From assembly GCA_965246715.1 (NCBI GenBank), contig CBDFFH010000012.1, positions 1-64,000 on the forward strand: a DNA stretch of 64,000 nt, read 5' to 3'. The position numbers and the translations under genes were made by a program. Numbering within the stretch: position 1 is the stretch's first letter; the number at the start of each line of letters is the position of its first letter. Origin of the DNA: Chamaesiphon sp. GTDB lineage: Bacteria > Cyanobacteriota > Cyanobacteriia > Cyanobacteriales > Chamaesiphonaceae. Below the pieces are notes generated by a model that saw only the letters and a program-made list of their open reading frames with translations, made no database searches and was not told the origin of the DNA. Below are positions 61,778 to 64,000 of this stretch, piece by piece.

Positions 61778-64000
61778 ATGTCGCTTGCCAATAACCCTAT
61801 TGCCATCCCCTCACTTGCAGAAATCATCGATCGATCGCCACTCACCGTCGATGCCGATCTGCCAGTTGCGGCGGCGCTGGCATTGATGAGTCAAGCGCAA
61901 GGCAATCATTGTGAATCAATAGCTGCGGGGACTGCTGCGCTGGCGGAGCCAAACTATATTCGGCGGCATAGCTGTGTACTGGTGACTGAGGGCAGGGAAT
62001 TATGTGGCATCCTCACCGAGCGAGATATTGTTAGAATGACTGCCCAGCAGCAAGATTTAACAACCACCCGCGTGGGCGAGGTGATGACGCGACAACTCGT
62101 GACGCTGACTCAATCGCCAGCCCAATCGGCATTAACAGTCCTACCGCTATTTCTTCAATATCGGATTCGACACCTGCCCATTGTCGATGAATTGGGTCAT
62201 CTGGTCGGCATCATTACAGCAGATTTGCTTCGCCAGATTTTACAACCTGCGAATCTGCTCAAGCTGAGATCGATTGAAGAGGTAATGACTAGATCCGTCA
62301 TTCATGCCCCTGCAACTGCTTCGGCATTCACCATCGCTTGCCAAATGGCAACTCACCGCGTTAGTTGTGTGGTCGTTACGGCTGAAACTCCGGGAGCGTC
62401 ATCGACGCTCCAACCGATTGGCATGATTACCGAGCGCGATATCGTCCAGTTTCAAGCATTAGGCATCGATCTCGATCGCACACTGGCTATTGAGGTGATG
62501 AGTTCGCCCGCTTTCTGCTTGCAACCGGAAGAATCGCTGTGGCGCGCCCAACAGGAAATGAATGCGCGCCAGATCGGTCGCATCGTTGTCACCGATCTCC
62601 AAGGGCAAATGTTGGGCATCGTAACTCAAACAAGTTTATTACAACCGCTCGATCCGATCGAAATGTTAGGGATGGTCGAGATTTTACATCAGCAAGTGCA
62701 AGTGCAAACTGCCACTTTAGAGCAGACCAATCGGGAATTACGCGCCGCGATCGAACGTCAGCAGCAAACTGAGGACGAACTGCGTCGCGCGAACCAGCGC
62801 CTAGAGCAAGTTATTACCGAGCGTACTGGGGCATTATCACAATCCGGCATCCAGCAACAGCAAGTTGAAGGTGCGTTGCAAAGCATGCTCAAATTATTAG
62901 AGTTTCAAAAATATGCACTCGATCGGGCGGCGATTGTAGCAATTACAGATCGAGCTGGCCTAATCACCTATGTTAACGACCAATTCTGTCAGATTTCCCA
63001 ATATACTTCAGCAGAATTAGTCGGACAAACTCACCAGATTATTAATTCCGGCTATCACCCACCCGAATTTTTTCAAACTCTCTGGCAGACGATTACGCGC
63101 GGTGAAGTGTGGCGCGGTGAAATTTGCAATCGGGCTAAAGATGGCAGCTTATATTGGGTTGCTACGACGATCGTGCCCTATTTAGACGAGCGGGGGGTTC
63201 CGTTCCAATATTTGACAATTCGCTTTGATATTACCACTCGTAAGTCTACCGAAAATGCCCTCCGGCGGAGCGAACAGAAATTTCGGGCAATTTTTGACGG
63301 TACCTTTCAGTTTGTCGGACTGCTCGATACTAATGGGATTTTGCTAGAAGGCAATCGCACCGCCTTAAATGCGATCGGTGTTACTAGTGAAGAGGTCATG
63401 GGTCAACTCTTCTGGGAAACGCCCTGGTGGACTCATTCGCCCGCGCTCCAACTTCAACTCAAGCAAGCCATTGCCCAAGCCGCCACCGGTCAGCTTGTCA
63501 GGTTTGAAGCCAAACATTTCTTAGCCGACGGCAGCTACATTACCGTCGATTTTTCGCTCAGTCCGATTTTCGATGAAACTGGCAAAGTTGTCATGTTGAT
63601 TCCCGAAGGACGGGATATCAGCGATCGCAAAGCCGCCGAACTGCAAATCCGCGAGCAAGCGACATTACTCGATATCTCTACCGATGCCATTTTTGTGCGC
63701 GATCTGGACGCTCGAATTCGGTTTTGGAACAAGGGTGCAGAACGGATCTATGGCTGGAGCGCTGCCGAAGCAATCGATCGAGATGCTAACTTGCTATTAT
63801 ATTTAGACCCACCACCAGTCGCCGCCACCGCATTAGCAACGGTGCTACAACAAGGCGAATGGCAAGGCGAATTACAAAAAGTTACCAAACAGGGGCAAAT
63901 AGCGATCGCTTACAGCCGGTGGACGCTGGTGCGCGACGAGGACGGTAATCCCAAAGAAATCTTGATTGTCGATACCGACATCACAGATCGGAAGCAACTC
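61778..64000 (+). CDS. CBS + PAS sensor protein (probable kinase or cyclase), running off the right edge; not in the ORF track
   Basis: Frame from ATG 61778 (MSLANNPIAIP...) with CBS pairs (GILTERDIV, GMITERDIV), a coiled coil and PAS/PAC repeats. Confidence 0.9.
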   Translation, partial: MSLANNPIAIPSLAEIIDRSPLTVDADLPVAAALALMSQAQGNHCESIAAGTAALAEPNYIRRHSCVLVTEGRELCGILTERDIVRMTAQQQDLTTTRVGEVMTRQLVTLTQSPAQSALTVLPLFLQYRIRHLPIVDELGHLVGIITADLLRQILQPANLLKLRSIEEVMTRSVIHAPATASAFTIACQMATHRVSCVVVTAETPGASSTLQPIGMITERDIVQFQALGIDLDRTLAIEVMSSPAFCLQPEESLWRAQQEMNARQIGRIVVTDLQGQMLGIVTQTSLLQPLDPIEMLGMVEILHQQVQVQTATLEQTNRELRAAIERQQQTEDELRRANQRLEQVITERTGALSQSGIQQQQVEGALQSMLKLLEFQKYALDRAAIVAITDRAGLITYVNDQFCQISQYTSAELVGQTHQIINSGYHPPEFFQTLWQTITRGEVWRGEICNRAKDGSLYWVATTIVPYLDERGVPFQYLTIRFDITTRKSTENALRRSEQKFRAIFDGTFQFVGLLDTNGILLEGNRTALNAIGVTSEEVMGQLFWETPWWTHSPALQLQLKQAIAQAATGQLVRFEAKHFLADGSYITVDFSLSPIFDETGKVVMLIPEGRDISDRKAAELQIREQATLLDISTDAIFVRDLDARIRFWNKGAERIYGWSAAEAIDRDANLLLYLDPPPVAATALATVLQQGEWQGELQKVTKQGQIAIAYSRWTLVRDEDGNPKEILIVDTDITDRKQL

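Overview
Cyanobacterial chromosomal segment. HIP1 octamers (GCGATCGC and its CGATCG core) are very dense, heptamer tandem repeats are common, and cyanobacterial genes are present (ycf34, crtH, ndhD, patD, menA). The style suggests a Chamaesiphon-like organism (inference only). The backbone is housekeeping: tRNA nucleotidyltransferase, tsaE, YvcK, ruvC, upp, sodB, tldD/tldE, rsmA, ispE, relA/spoT, tRNA-Pro(CGG) and a probable 6S RNA. Interspersed are four Uma2 paralogs, signalling genes, several pseudogenes, one ISL3 element interrupting a glycosyl hydrolase-like gene, and many small non-autonomous elements, often nested. The best candidates for undescribed biology are: (1) a three-part locus at 41.9-43.2 kb, with a signal-peptide protein ending in three P-[MI]-I-N-G repeats, an 8-Cys protein, and a decayed second paralog with conserved leader and divergent tail (RiPP-like layout); (2) a family of 47-50-nt hairpin elements with fixed ends GCG...CAAGACA that insert without target duplication; (3) unannotated small ORFs, one coupled to relA. 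All family assignments come from motif recognition by eye, with no database searches.
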